A stretch of 64,000 bases of DNA, taken from the NCBI GenBank assembly GCA_973895155.1, contig OZ316897.1, positions 16,305,375 to 16,369,374 of the forward strand, given 5' to 3'. Source of the stretch: Marsupella aquatica (Eukaryota > Plantae > Marchantiophyta). Every line of letters starts with the position of its first letter. Position 1 is the stretch's first letter. Both the position numbers and the translations under genes were made by a program. Shown here in pieces: positions 39,799-52,663 of this stretch. The notes beneath the pieces were generated by a model. That model did no database searches. It saw only the letters and a list, made by a program, of their open reading frames with translations, and was not told the origin of the DNA.

Positions 39799-40011
39799 GT
39801 GGGAGCCAAGTAGCCTCAAAGGACATGAACCCAGAGATTGAACCTACCAGTTAGCTCAGAGCCACCTATTTTGAGGAAGGTGGCTAAGCAGGACTATTTG
39901 AGTTATTAACTCTCTACGAACCTGTTTATTTGAATTGAATTACGTGATTGTAGCCTAGAGTGATTTATTAGGCCTATATATCATGGCAACTTATATATGT
40001 GACATTTCGAA

Positions 40012-40312
40012 TAATATCAGACAAGGAACTGAATGAAGGCTTCTAGTCAGAGGTGGATTCAAGAAATATAAAGATTGTTTGTATCTTTCTGATTGGTCTT
40101 TGTTAAATTTCAGAAGGTGCCGTTGAAATTATGTTTCAAGGTCAGGGATTAAGTGACACTTTAATATCAGACAAGGAACTGAATGAAGGTTTCTAGTCAG
40201 AGGTGGATTCAAGTACTATATATAAAGATTATTTGTACCTCTGATTGGTCTTTGTCAAATATCAGAAAGTGCCGTTTAAATTATGTTTCAAGGCCAGGGA
40301 TTAAGTGATACG
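40012..40312. repeat. ~150-bp tandem duplication
   Basis: taatatcagacaaggaactgaatgaagg.ttctagtcagaggtggattcaag...gggattaagtga twice. Confidence 0.9.
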
Positions 40313-40515
40313 TACTATAAAGTAGAGCATTACCCGGGATATTGGCAAGATTTTGGGACCCTCCATTCGAGAACTTTTTTAACAATTGGCACTATATCTA
40401 CCGAGTTAAATTAATTAGATCGAGCTTACATCTGCCTTAACTGCCTTAACGTAATTGATTCGGTTGATTCGGTTCTTAACAGTTTAGGTGCCTTACATAG
40501 TCTTGTATCCCAAGG

Positions 40516-41321
40516 TGTTGGTTAGGAGTAGACTTGCGTGTATCCCAAAGGTACTGGTTAGGAAGGATCACTCAAGCCAGTATATAGCATCAAGATATGG
40601 TGTGTGTCTTCTTTCTACTATATATAGGCTCTTTTAAGAAACAGCATAATTCCAAGAGACAGAGTTGAAGGGATACATTCTCCAAGTAGTTTTTCCAGAA
40701 TCTCAGATCTGTCACTCCCTAAACGCTATAAGTGCTCCCTTATTAATGACAATATAAATTCTTGGATCTGTGTACTAACGCAACCTAATACTTCACTACA
40801 TCTCGAAATCTCCAGTTGCTTTTGCAGTAGCAACAAAAGGCAGTAGTGTTGAGCATAGACGACGATCGCAACGGCAAGCCCATGAACCATCCAACGCACA
40901 ATAGTCGACACAAGAGATACGTGGTTCACCTCCTTGAGGCTACGTCCACGGGAACACACAAGAGAGCTTTACTGAACTCTAAGCCCGTCGGCTATACCGA
41001 GTCTCCACAGTGTAAGCTCTCCCTATCTCTCAAGTGGCTCCATAACAATGAGCCTTGGTTCTACCTCTCCAAGCACACATGCCTCTTATGATATAGTGTG
41101 CAACTTAGTTGTACCTAACCACATAGTTGTACCTAACCACATAGTTGTACCTAATCACGTAGTTGTACCTAACCACATAGTTGTACCTAATCACGTAGTT
41201 GTACCTAACCACATAGTTGTACCTAATCACGTAGTTGTACCTAACCACGTAGTTGTACCAACCCACGTTGTTGTACCAACCACGTCATACCTAACCTAGA
41301 CGTAAGAGTAAATACCCAACA
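40516..41321. mobile_element. Candidate solo LTR
   Basis: TGTTGG...CCAACA inverted termini, ~800 bp, internal TATA-like run and minisatellite. Flanks (caagg/agtag) do not form a TSD. Confidence 0.4.
41106..41290. repeat. 18-bp minisatellite (tagttgtacctaaYcacR, ~10 copies)
   Basis: Direct reading; translates as spurious VVPNHI repeats. Confidence 0.92.
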
Positions 41322-42091
41322 AGTAGACCACCGAGGGGGCCACCGAGATAAGTGGGTTGGGAATGCTCCTATCTTGGTGCTCTTAGCTAGCTTCAAAAGA
41401 TGCGACCCTAAACCCTATACTCTTGATCATCTAGCAATCTAGTAACTTTAATTACCTCTGGAAAACTAGCACTGTGGACTAAGGTGACTGTGCTCGAACT
41501 AGCTAGCTTCTCCTGTACCTTCTCTTCCTCCCTTTCTCCCTGCCTCCTGTCCCTCTCTACCTTAATAGCTAAATTAATGGCATTGTGTCAGAATGCTTTA
41601 GCTTTGCTGGGTCTCTTGCCCTCCCTTAGGTGGCTTTGGCTGCTTGGCTCCAACTGTCACATGGGCTGGTGCGAAGAGAGAGAAGTGGACAGTGAGGGAG
41701 AATGATGAGAGTCCCTAGTTAATTGCTAGTGCACTTGTCTCCAAGTGTCACATGGGCTTGGAAAAACTATCACATGCCCCCATAGGAAATAGAATATGTC
41801 CTCAATCTACTGAGGGTCTCATTTACGATAAAGGCCAGATAAGATGTTAAGGATATAGATATACCTTGAATTTCATCATGTTTATTAAACTCTTAAAAAT
41901 GGCTAGAGTAACTATTGGGAGAATGAAGCAAAACTCTCAATCAATACTTTGGCCAATTACATTTAACTATATTTTTTTGATAGAAGTGGAATAGAGTTAG
42001 TTATAGGGAAAAAAATTGGACGGAAGTGATGATTTGGTTAGTGGTAGTGTATGCTTTAGACATTAATTATGTCTAAGCATATCTTTGTGTT

Positions 42092-42436
42092 GGTCAATTG
42101 CAAGCTTGAGGGGGGCAAAAAGGATCTCCAATTTCTCCACCAAAAGGAGTCCAATCCTTCCCAATTTACAAGGGGTGGACAGGTGTTACACCAAATGGCT
42201 AGGATTAGTTAGTTGAGATTGGAAGGTGAGATCTTGCATGCCAAGTCTTTGGAAGTGTGTCCAGGATTTTAGGAAGTCTCAATCTTCTTGGAAGTGTGCA
42301 CAACAATTTGGGAAGTGTGTCCAACCTTTTTGGAAGTGGTGTTCAACTAAACTTTATGATCTTTCAGTCCTTTGTCTCTCCTTTTTGAGCTAATCCTTTT
42401 TGCGTCCTTTTGCCCCCCTCAATCTTGCAATTGACC
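42092..42436. mobile_element. MITE with ~32-bp TIRs and 4-bp TSD (TGTT)
   Basis: GGTCAATTGCAAGCTTGAGGGGGGCAAAAAGGA ... TCCTTTTGCCCCCCTCAATCTTGCAATTGACC. tgtt at 42088-42091 and 42437-42440. Internal ggaagtgtg repeats. Confidence 0.8.
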
Positions 42437-43029
42437 TGTTTTAATCTGACTAGTATATCCATGCAGGATTGGTTTGTCCATTCATGGCTTCATGGACAAC
42501 TGCAAGTCCATCAGGTCTTTCATTTTGTTAAGTCCATCAGGTGTTTGATTTTTTGACGATCGTGATGATTTGTTGACCCGTTTGTTGAGCATATGTTTCA
42601 CCTCTAGGCAATATCTCAGAATTAAGTGTACTTGCAAAAAATATTTTTCCTAATAGAAACAAAAATGGTTGAATTTGTATGTACAAGGCATCTAAAGTGT
42701 TCATCATGTGCAGTCACAAGGAGGATATGCATGGTATGGGTGCAGGGTATTTCCCAACATTCCCCCGGGAATTTATCGTTTGATAACAAAGAAGTAGGTA
42801 TTCCGGCCATCTTGGGGTAATGCACCCAAATTACCTATGTAAGCCCACAGGTACGAGGGTGTATCACACTTAGTGTATTTTGACCTCTCCCCTACGTGTC
42901 TCCCGGTAATTTACCTATGTATAACCATGCCTCTTTTGTGGGTTGATCCTTGGTGTGTTTTGCCACCATTATCACCCACTGAAGAGTGTCGTCAACCTAC
43001 ATATGTTGGGTTATTGTTGGGGTACTTGG

Positions 43030-43640
43030 AATGTATTTATCAGATGTGGTCAAATTGGAGGCATCCAGGTGTCTACTATGGCGTGCGTGGATCTATTGGC
43101 CGATGATGTGCATTGCAACCATGATGCAATTTCCCCATTTGAGGATGGTGTACATTCCACTTGTGAGGGGGTATTGCTGGGGTTTTCTGATGGATGTGCT
43201 CCAATTGCAGGTGTGGAGGTGTATGCTGTGGCGTCCATGGATCTATTGGAGGATAATGTGCATTGCAACCATCCAATTTCCCCCCTGGAGGATGGTGAAC
43301 ATCCTACTTGTGAGGGGGTATTGCTAGGGTATTCTGATGGATGTGCTCCAATGGCAGGCGTGCAGGTGTACATTGTGGCATCCATGAATCTATTGGCGGA
43401 TGATGTGCATTGCAACCATCCAATTTTCCCCCGTGAGGATGATGTACATCCCACTTGTGAGGGGGTCTTGCTGGAGTATTCTGACGGTATTTGCCGAATG
43501 TGGTCCAATTGGAGGCGTGCAGGTGTACGCTATGGCGTCCGTGGATCTATTGGCGGAGGTATTGTTGGGGTATTCTGGTGGTATTTGCTGGATGTGTGCC
43601 AATTGAAGGCATCCAGGTGTCCACGGTGTGGCATCTGTGG
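43030..43640. repeat. ~150-bp tandem array 1 (about 4 units)
   Basis: gtgcattgcaaccat recurs at ~43108, 43258 and 43405. Confidence 0.88.
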
Positions 43641-43879
43641 ATCTTGTGTGCGGGTATTTTGAAGGTATTCCGGGGATGTAAAGTTATTGGAGGCGTAAAT
43701 GGAAGGTGGATCCATGGAAAAATTCATGGGGTACTTGGGGTTACTTCATTCAAATTGACAAACATACAAATTTGACAATGTTTGATTATTTAGGAGCTGC
43801 ACGAGTCACAGAACTAGACATATATAAGTTACCCCAAGCCCCTTCACCAGACGAGCTTCTAGGTATCTGACTACCTCAG

Positions 43880-44760
43880 TCTTCACCAACATTCTAGACT
43901 AACAGCATTCTCAAGGAAGATCCTTTGCTTGCCTTTCGCATGGAGACCGGTAGATCTCAGATAATGATTACTCTATTCTACTCTAGAGCCCAACTGGCCA
44001 CCATGTCTAATAACTCAATCTTCTGAGTGTGTTTAGTGAATGGTTTGGGGGAAGTCTTTGATTGCTTGTTTGTATCTGCAACGAACATGCATGCGCAGCT
44101 TGGCATCCACTTAATTTGCATGTCTTCATCAATCCCATGGCTTTCATGCAGACCACTAATTTGGCGTCTTTAGTGAGTGTGTCAAAGTCCTGCAAAAGTT
44201 CTAGAAATATAGGGTGGATGTTTAAAAGCACAACAACGGCCCTCACATCCAAAAACAACTTACACAACATATGATGTTGAACAGGATTTTTGTATATGTT
44301 TACATAACATTTGCGGCTAAACTATGTACTTACTATGTTTGAGTCTTCAACAACGTGTGATTTGCCACTTAATCTACTCCTGGTTCCATGCGCGCACGGA
44401 ACTTCTGCCTGGTTTTCCTGAACATATATGTAAAATGGGCAGATCATGAAACCCCAAGACCATTATGTTCTAGCTCCACTTCATTGTACACAAATGAATT
44501 GCTATTACTTTAAACAAAGAATATCTTGAACGGATGGAATGTGTAATCATACCAAGCATGTTCTTGCCAGTCAACAACATACCGTTGTTGTGCATCCTCC
44601 CGTACTTTTATTGATATTGCCCTAAATGAAGGTTCATTTCTTTGCCTGGATTCGAGACCTTGCCTCGTTGTCTTCTTGCAAGGGGTGAATTGAGGTTACG
44701 TACCAATGCTTCCAAGGACTCCACCTTGTTCTTTATCTTTCTCATCTTTACCTACCACAA
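43880..44760 (-). pseudogene. Frameshifted duplicate of the last three exons of the SAM-domain gene
   Basis: DFDTLTKDAKLVVCMKAMGLMKTCK vs NFEKLTKDAKLVLCMRAMGLMKTCK; KEQGGVL in both. Aligns with ~46580-47410. Confidence 0.8.
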
Positions 44761-44856
44761 CGCAAATCATCAATCAAGTCTCAAAAGCAGCTCTAAGAAA
44801 CTTTTCAAGCATCACTTATAGTAGTACCGAGGGGAGCCTGATCATATATATCCACC

Positions 44857-45135
44857 TGGTAAAAGGCAAGATTGAGGGGTACCAAAGGAGACAATCAGGA
44901 CTAAGGACAGCCACTTTAAAAGGACTAAAGGAAAGGACTGAAAATGTCATTAAAATGTGGTTGAATACCCTCCCCAATAGGTTGGACACACTTCCACAAA
45001 ATTGGGGGCACTTCCAACAATGTTGTGCACACTTTTAACAATAATGTGCACACTTCCAAAGACTTGGTATGCAAACTCTAACCTTTAAATCTTTCCTAAG
45101 CAATCCTAAGTTCCATTCCATGTCACATTTTGGTC
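44857..45135. mobile_element. Diverged, partial, inverted copy of the 42092-42436 MITE family
   Basis: ggt....gcaagattgagggg...aaaggactgaaa...ggttggacacacttcc...cacacttccaaagacttgg.atgcaa matches the reverse complement of 42234-42436. Confidence 0.75.
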
Positions 45136-45169
45136 ATTATGGAATATCCTTGGATGGTCGCGCTCTCCG

Positions 45170-46170
45170 CAACATCCGTGTGCATATTACCCGCATACCG
45201 TGGGGTATCGCTGGGGTATTTGGGATGTCAGCGTCCAATTGCCGCTCTCCAAGTGGCTTCGCTGAGGTGTGCAGGATGATAGTCATCTCCACCATCCAAT
45301 TTTGCTGTGGTAAAGTGGGGATTCCGTGTGCATATTACCCGCATACCCATGGGGTATCGCTGGGGTATTTGGGATGTCAGCGTCCAATTGTCGCTCTCCA
45401 AGTGGCTTCGCTGAGGTGTGCAGGATGATATTCATCTCCACCATCCAATTTTGCTGTGGTAAAGTGGGGATTCCATGTGCATATTACCCGCATACCGTGG
45501 GGTATCTCTGGGGTATTTGGGTTGTCAGCGTCCAATTGCCGCTCTCCAAGTGGCTTCGCTGGCAGCCCTGGAGGTGCGCAGGATGATATGCATCTCCACC
45601 GTCCAATTTTGCTGTGGCTAAGTGGGGATTCCGTGTGCATATTACCCGCATACATTAGTGTATCTCTGGGGTATTTGGGTTGTCAGCGTCCAATGGCCGC
45701 TCTCCAAGTGGCCTCGCTGGCAGCCCTGGAGGTGTGCAGGATGATATGCATCTCCACCATCCAAATTTCCTGTTGTAAAGTGGGGGTTCTGTGTGCACAT
45801 TACCCGCATACCCTGGGGTATCGTTGGGGTATTTGGTATGCCACTTCCAATTGCCACTCTCCAGGTGGCTTCGCTAACAGCCCTGGAGGTTTGCAGGATG
45901 ATATGCATCTTCACCGTCCAGATTTCCTATGTCGAAGCAGGGATTACTTGTGCATTTTACCTGCATACCGTGGGGTATTTGTAGGGTATTTTTGATTCCA
46001 GGCTTCTTGCTGCGTCAAATTGCATCCGCATCGTCAAATTCTAGGATAATGTGCATCCGCATCTTCCAAATTGCCTACGATGAAGTGGGGATTCACGATG
46101 TAACGCCTATGTATTGTGGGGTATTGGGGGATCCTCACGTATTGGGGGATCCTCACGTATTGGGGTATTA
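45170..46170. repeat. ~148-158-bp tandem array 2 (about 6 units, decaying rightwards)
   Basis: gtgcatattacccgcatac recurs at ~45180, 45328, 45477, 45635 and 45793. Confidence 0.9.
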
Positions 46171-46583
46171 AAAATGTCTGGCGTCCCAAGATGAATTGCA
46201 TCGAAAACCATCCAGTCATATTGCCAATGAATACCATGAAATGTCGATGGGTATCGTGAATGTAAGGTTCTTTATTGGGCCCAGCTTACGCAAATCAAAT
46301 TTCTAATATGGTTTTGAATCATTTCCTCATAGCGTTGTAAATAAGATCACAGTGAGTTAAGTAGCATTCATTTGTACATTAGAAACTAAGTACGTTAGCA
46401 ACTCCCATCTCTCTCTCTCTATATATATATATATGTATATATATATGTATATATATATGTGAAACACGAAGCAAGTAGTGGTGGCCCTTGGTCAATATAT
46501 AATGCAATCATATTCATAACCTGTCTAGCTTGTGCTGTTCATAGAGCGATGCAGGTATGCTATCTATGTAGTGAGTACTATAC

Positions 46584-49500
46584 CTCTTCCCCGGCTTTCT
46601 TCATAGCATTTTTAGGGAAGATCCTTTGCTGGCCATTGGCATTTAAAGCCGGAAGATGTGTAACGATCACTACATTCTGCTCTACAATCCACCTGGCCAC
46701 CATGTCCAATAACTCTGATGCATTCTTCTGAGCGTGTTTGGTGAATGGCTTGGCGGTAGTCTTTGACTGCTTGTTCGTATCTGCTACAAACGTGCGCAAT
46801 TTGGCCTCCACTTTGCAGGTCTTCATCAAACCCATGGCTCTCATGCACAATACTAGTTTGGCGTCTTTGGTGAGCTTTTCAAAATTCTGCAAAAGTTACA
46901 GTCTTTGGTGAGCTTTTTAAAATATGGTAGTACACCAATGACAAGCTATAAATGATTATTTACAAAATTGTGCAAAACTTCTCAGTATATGCTTACTATA
47001 TTGGAGTCTCCAGAAGCCTGGGACTTGTTACTTCTCGTCGACCGGGTTCCTTGAGCACACAAAACTTCTTCCTGGTTTGCCTGTACATATATAATGACCA
47101 CATAATGAGACCACAAGAGTACGTTCCACACATACAATTTCTGTCTACACATTGTACACAATGATCGCTGCAACCTAATAAAGACTGCTGGCTTACAATG
47201 GATGGAAATAAGAAATCATACCATGTTTTTGCCGGTCAACAACCGTTCCCTTGCATCCTCCTGTACCTTTGTTGAAATAGCTCTAAATGAAGGTACGTTT
47301 TCTTTGCCTGGGTTCGGACCCTTGCCTCTTCGTGCTCTACTCAATGGTTGATTTAGGTCCCGAATGCTTGCAAGGACTCCACCTTGTTCCTTCTCAGTCT
47401 TAACCTGCCATGCATATGTGGATGTGCAAATCATTGTATATATTGGTGAACCTAGGCTCAAAGTAGAATGAATTGCAAAGTCATTTACATCACTTACAAT
47501 AGAACTTTTAGGCCATTATAATAATTGCAATATACAAAACTTATACATACAATGATATATGATATATACCTTGGACAGTAGCGGGTTGTTTCCCCCTGCA
47601 GGACTGCTCTCAATCTTTTGTCTTTTTACCTGAAAAATAAGTATAAAGCAAACTCGGTGTCTTAATTATAATTACGTACGTATGATATATAAGAACGCAA
47701 CTAGGATGACAAAATACTCGTACCTCCGGTTCCGGTTGATCGTTAGGCCTTATATTAGTGTCTTCATCATCCTCGTCAGATTCAATGTAAAGTTGGGTGG
47801 ATGTAGTGAAGCAATCAACTTGCAAGTTGATAGTTGATGTTGACGATGTTTTCTCCTGGCTGCATGTAGTGGTATCCAGTACTTCAGTATCCTCGCTTGG
47901 CTCTCCATCGCTGGACCTGACCGCATCATCTGCTTTGCTTTCCTCTCTATGCTCTACTTCCGCCCCTCCCTCTGCATCTTCTTCATGGCCAGCTAATGCC
48001 AACACTCGCTTCTTCGGTTTTGAAAGAGGGTTTTCCTCAACGTCAGGCATCTCCGGTAACCCCGCTCCATTGGAGGCCTTTCCTGAGACAGCAGAACCCT
48101 CAAGAGAGGGACCTATCTCCGGTTACCCTGCTCTCTTGGAGGTCTTTCCTGAGACAGCAGAACCCTGAGGAGAGGGACCTGAATACGATTGGCATACTTT
48201 ATGAGCCAGATTGGGACTCATGGAACAATATGCTCTCGGAACAAAAATGGACATGTCCTACAATATGTACATGCACATCAATAGTGACGGTGCATGAGTG
48301 CCAGGGAATCTTGCAATATAAATATATTGTAGAAAACCAGATTCATTCAACATCTCAACCTCTCGATACATATCGACTGGGCAACATGAAAAAACCTGCA
48401 GAACCCGGAGAAGCAGATTCATTCTGATGCAATGAACCTAGGGTTGGTAAATGCATATATTTATATATGTATATGGCACCATACTTACTGGCTTTAAGTG
48501 CCCAAACTGTACCATCTGCAGACCCTTTGAAGGTGTCATTAATGGCACCCAGTAAGGCGCTAGCAATGACGGATTACCATCAGACAAGGCCTTCATGAAC
48601 TTAATCTTCCACCATCTCACTTTCTTAATAACATGGACACTCTCTGGTATTCCACGACCAACGACCTCTCCACTGTACTGCCCCCTATACCTTACAGACT
48701 TATCGGCGTCTCTCATTTGCAGTTCTACCAAGGTCACCTTGAATGCATACGCACGAAGTTCCACAAAAATCTCTGGGTATGATTGTCCATGTCCAATGGC
48801 AATCGCTTCATCTGCATCCGGTTCTACCTTCATATCTGCAAAATCAGTCGGCTCCTTTTTTCGGGCCGTAGGGATGGCACCTGCAATGAAATTCAGTGCA
48901 AGTACTTGAGGTTAATTCCAGGGTATTTCCAGGTTATTTCCAAGTTGCGAAAGATAGAACACAGTTCATTGCCAAAATCAATGGCACTGCGCTAACTAAT
49001 GAATGGGAATCTGTCAGTACGTACCTTCCTTGATTTTTGCATTTGCTTTCCTCCATTCATGCTTTCTGTTCTTGACGACCTCAAACAGGAAGCTTTCTGG
49101 CCAAGGCATCTCATGTTTAGATCCGGTTTCTGGACACTCAAATTTGAGAGGTCAAAGTTCGTGCATTCTACTCTGAACATACAATCGACAATTCTCTTTT
49201 GTCTTTGTGTCAGACTTGAAATCTGCACTGAGGTATTCATATATCTCCTTGTCGGCGGCGAAATTTGCAAACCAATTCCTCACCATTATGTAATTTGCCT
49301 TGTGAGCTTGGTGCGCTTCTACATGCTTAGAAGCCAGAATGGACCGTCCTCCAGATTTGTTGGTCACATTGAAGATGTCCTCTGCCGAAGGATAGAACTA
49401 TGCACAGCACCGTCGAAACACACATCAGCGTGTATTCAATCAAACAAAGAAACTACCATTGAGCACTGCATTAGATGCCTTCGCGTGATTATCAGAAGAG

Positions 49501-50007
49501 GTCCTTGCCGTGGTCGCAATGGATTTCAATAGGCTAATTTAATGTCACGGGAGACAAACAACTTACTTGATGATGCTTGGTAGAACCAATCATAGACGTC
49601 TCTCTCTCCGGCGCATCAGGAGTGCGGGTATTTTCAGCAGGCCTGATAGACTTGTGCTCTTCTTCACCAGAGCTCTCCTTTCGATTCGTATCACATTCAG
49701 ATAGTGTCTTCATTGGCGGCAACGGTGATGGCTGCAGCGGTGATGGCTGTAGCTGTGATGGCTGTGTGACTCCGGTATTGCTGCTCCCATTGCATTCATT
49801 CACCCATCTCCTCAACTTCTTCCTGTGCACCCATGTCTTCATCCCCACACTGTCAAAGAAAAGTTGCCAATCATCCCCATCCATACAGAAGAAGCTTTCC
49901 CTAGTAAGATCCAACTCCTCAATTTTGGAAGTGTACATTGTCGATTCTAAACATCGATCAATGTTTTCACACAATTCCTTACACGTAAGCCTGCTCCATT
50001 CATGCAT
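46584..50007 (-). pseudogene. Multi-exon gene of unknown family with an N-terminal SAM-like domain; several in-frame stops
   Basis: Exon 1 50007-49567 (EWS..CKEL...L....Y.SKI...DL...F..MD..DW......GMK.W.HRKKL..WV fits the SAM consensus), donor GTAAGT. Further GT-AG-bounded coding-like segments at ~49.4-49.0, 48.9-48.5, 48.2-47.7 kb, 47404-47222 and 46886-46584. A 66-bp coding duplication at 48050-48181 has a TAA in one copy. Confidence 0.55.
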
Positions 50008-50179
50008 TGCAACTCTGTTTCAATCAACGTCGATCAAGTGTAGGAAACTCTGAAGATCGACTTCACTTTGAAGATCGACTTCACTCCAGGCGTACGCGTA
50101 GCAAAAATAGTGAAATACAGAGGGGGACTTAAAACAAAAAGGGAGTATTACACCAAGCGCACTCATTGCCTCTCTCGTT

Positions 50180-50283
50180 CATCGTTCGTTTGAATCGCCC
50201 GCCCGCGCGTGTTGAAGGTAAAGGCTGCGGGTTCATCGTCCGTTTGAATCGCCCGCCCGCGCATGTTCGAGGTAAAGGCTGCA
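50180..50283. repeat. 53-bp tandem duplication upstream of the SAM-like gene
   Basis: tcatcgt.cgtttgaatcgcccgcccgcgc.tgtt..aggtaaaggctgc twice. Confidence 0.85.
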
Positions 50284-52663
50284 AGGCAAGTAGTGCATGC
50301 GTTGCCCGCCTCAAAGCTGGTCCTCGTCAATTTTGAACTGACCGCCCTGGTCCAAATTAATAATGTCACTCTTCAAAATGCGATATATCCGCAGTCCATT
50401 GTGTCAACCGCATCGCTGATTTTGTTTCTATCCAGCCAATTTAGGCCGGGGATTTAGGAGTTGCGGTCATGATTATACAGCTGGGAAATTTTCCCTCACT
50501 CTACTATTCTAGGCCTAACTCAAAAGTCCACGCAGTTTGGATTACTATGACAAGTTAGGACAAGATACAAACTATTCCCATGGAGACTAGCGTAGCCTGC
50601 GCTTCGGGAAGTAAAGCCGCCAGCTGCGATGACCTTCTGATCAATCAGAAGCCTATGTGGCAAATACCCTACATAGGATACCAAGAAGATAAGGCTGGCC
50701 TCAGTTTCCCTCCAGTTTTAGAGGGATCGTTTCCGCGGGAACGATTCCAAAGGTACTAAAGAGTGGAGGTCATTGACCGTAGCTCACACCTCCCACTCTA
50801 AGTGTTCGATCCTCCTTTGTGCGAGCTCAGACAACTTCAGAATAAGTTTTACACGTTCGCGCCCGATAACATCATCCAAAACATGGAAGTCCACAGGCCA
50901 CCTGCGGATCTTCGTACTACGTGGGAGAATTCTCTGTCAAATCCCATGCCACCTTGTGCGATATCCTGTAATGTGTTTTGGATTTGGTAGAAATTATTGG
51001 CAGCACTCGGAGTCAATTCTTTTGATTGCAATAGTTTTTGCTTATGATTTGAGTTTGAAATGTGCTCGCAGGTCAAATACAGGGTTCTCGTATACTTCAA
51101 AGCGAAAGCAGATCTTACCTTTACCACCCACTTCTTCCTTAGCCCGGGCTTACTAGTAAATATCCTACAGTACCATTTACGCATCCTTGAAACTCGTCAT
51201 CGATTTCACCGATCCCAAGGCTGGCCAGCCACCCCCTGTACACCGATCCTTAGAAACCAACTAAACCATATATCTTCTTCATGTCCGGTGTGCTCTGATC
51301 GATGGAACAGGTATGAATCTGGATGTTCAATGATACAGACTCCGCGATCTATTTTCATGCAACATGCATCATTAATTATATATGGTATGTGGAATGTTTT
51401 GCAGGCTACGCAGGTCATATGAAACAGGTAGAGCATTAATATCAGAGGAAGTGAAGAAGCGGATGTGACGTAGTTTGTTCTGCCGGTGCGAGGTATGTGC
51501 GAGGTATGTGAGGGGTATGTTTGGGGTATTTGTGGTTATGCTCGTTCCAACACTAATGTTACAAGGTTAGTATGAGAATGAACTCGGATATTTAGAACAG
51601 ACCACACTTTTTGAGTCTTTGAGATTACAGTTGAAGCAATATACATCATGAGCGCCATGCTGACAAAGGTGTTGTGGCATCGTCCGAGGCTGATGCCTGT
51701 TTTGTGGCAACCGCCCGGGTTGCCTTGTCAGGTAACCGGGTTGTTAGTATGCTGTCCACCCCCCCTTGCCAACCGGTATGCAGTGGTAAGTTGTCGCAAA
51801 AGATAATTTTACGACCTATTTTACGCATATGGAAGTTGTCGTCTATTTTTTCATGATTACTTACTTCTTCATTGAGTTGCAGGCGTTGCCCCGGCCTTCA
51901 AAGCGCAAACTCCATTATTCATTTACATACATTACCCATCAATTCTCCATAAATATAATGAACACCTACTGGAACAAGAACACATCTGCCATAAATGTAT
52001 TGTTTGGGGTCACGTTGTTTTTACGGTTGTCTGTATGCTTGTGTTTTTTTTCCCTTCCTGGTCGTTGGGATCGATGGAGCCGCGGATCCGCCCAATGAGT
52101 TTCAGGTGTTTCTCTGTTTTTTTGGTCTGTTGATGTCCGGAGATTGGGGAGGGGCCCTTACCCAATTCTCCGTGAACTATGATGACCCACTACATGATGT
52201 CGCTGCAATCCGCAAAAGCGCTATAGTGGCTGAGTTCTACTTGCTGTCCTGTATCAGAGTTTGAAGTTGGAAGTTTTCCTTGAGAAATTGCGCACAAATT
52301 GCAAAATGAAAAATTGCCGAGACCCATTCATCGATTAAACACTAGCCGAGACCCATTCATCGATTAAACACCAGCCGATTAACACCCAATTACTTTCTGG
52401 TACGTTTTAACAAACGCATCGTGGACATCACAACCTTCATTTAACAGATGCAGGTCTGAGCCCCCCTTTATTGCACATTGAAAATAAGTCGACCATTCAC
52501 ATACATACATTCTGGTCCCACTTGCCCCACAAACCAAGCATACACGTTATGCCATATCAAACCAAAATGGCAGGTCATTGCATGGCCTGTAGGAACCTTA
52601 CAAACTAAAAGACTCCTGCCCAAAATGCCAAACCGTCGTACGTTGTGCTTGCATCTGGTCACA

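Noticed and set aside
42943-46171. ORFs of 110-239 aa within the ~150-bp arrays
   Set aside because: They track the repeat units in several frames and on both strands; not credible proteins.
3705-50007. HDAC + AP2 + B3 + SAM genes as one co-functional chromatin cluster
   Set aside because: HDAC sits among unrelated housekeeping genes, and proximity in a plant genome is not evidence of shared function.
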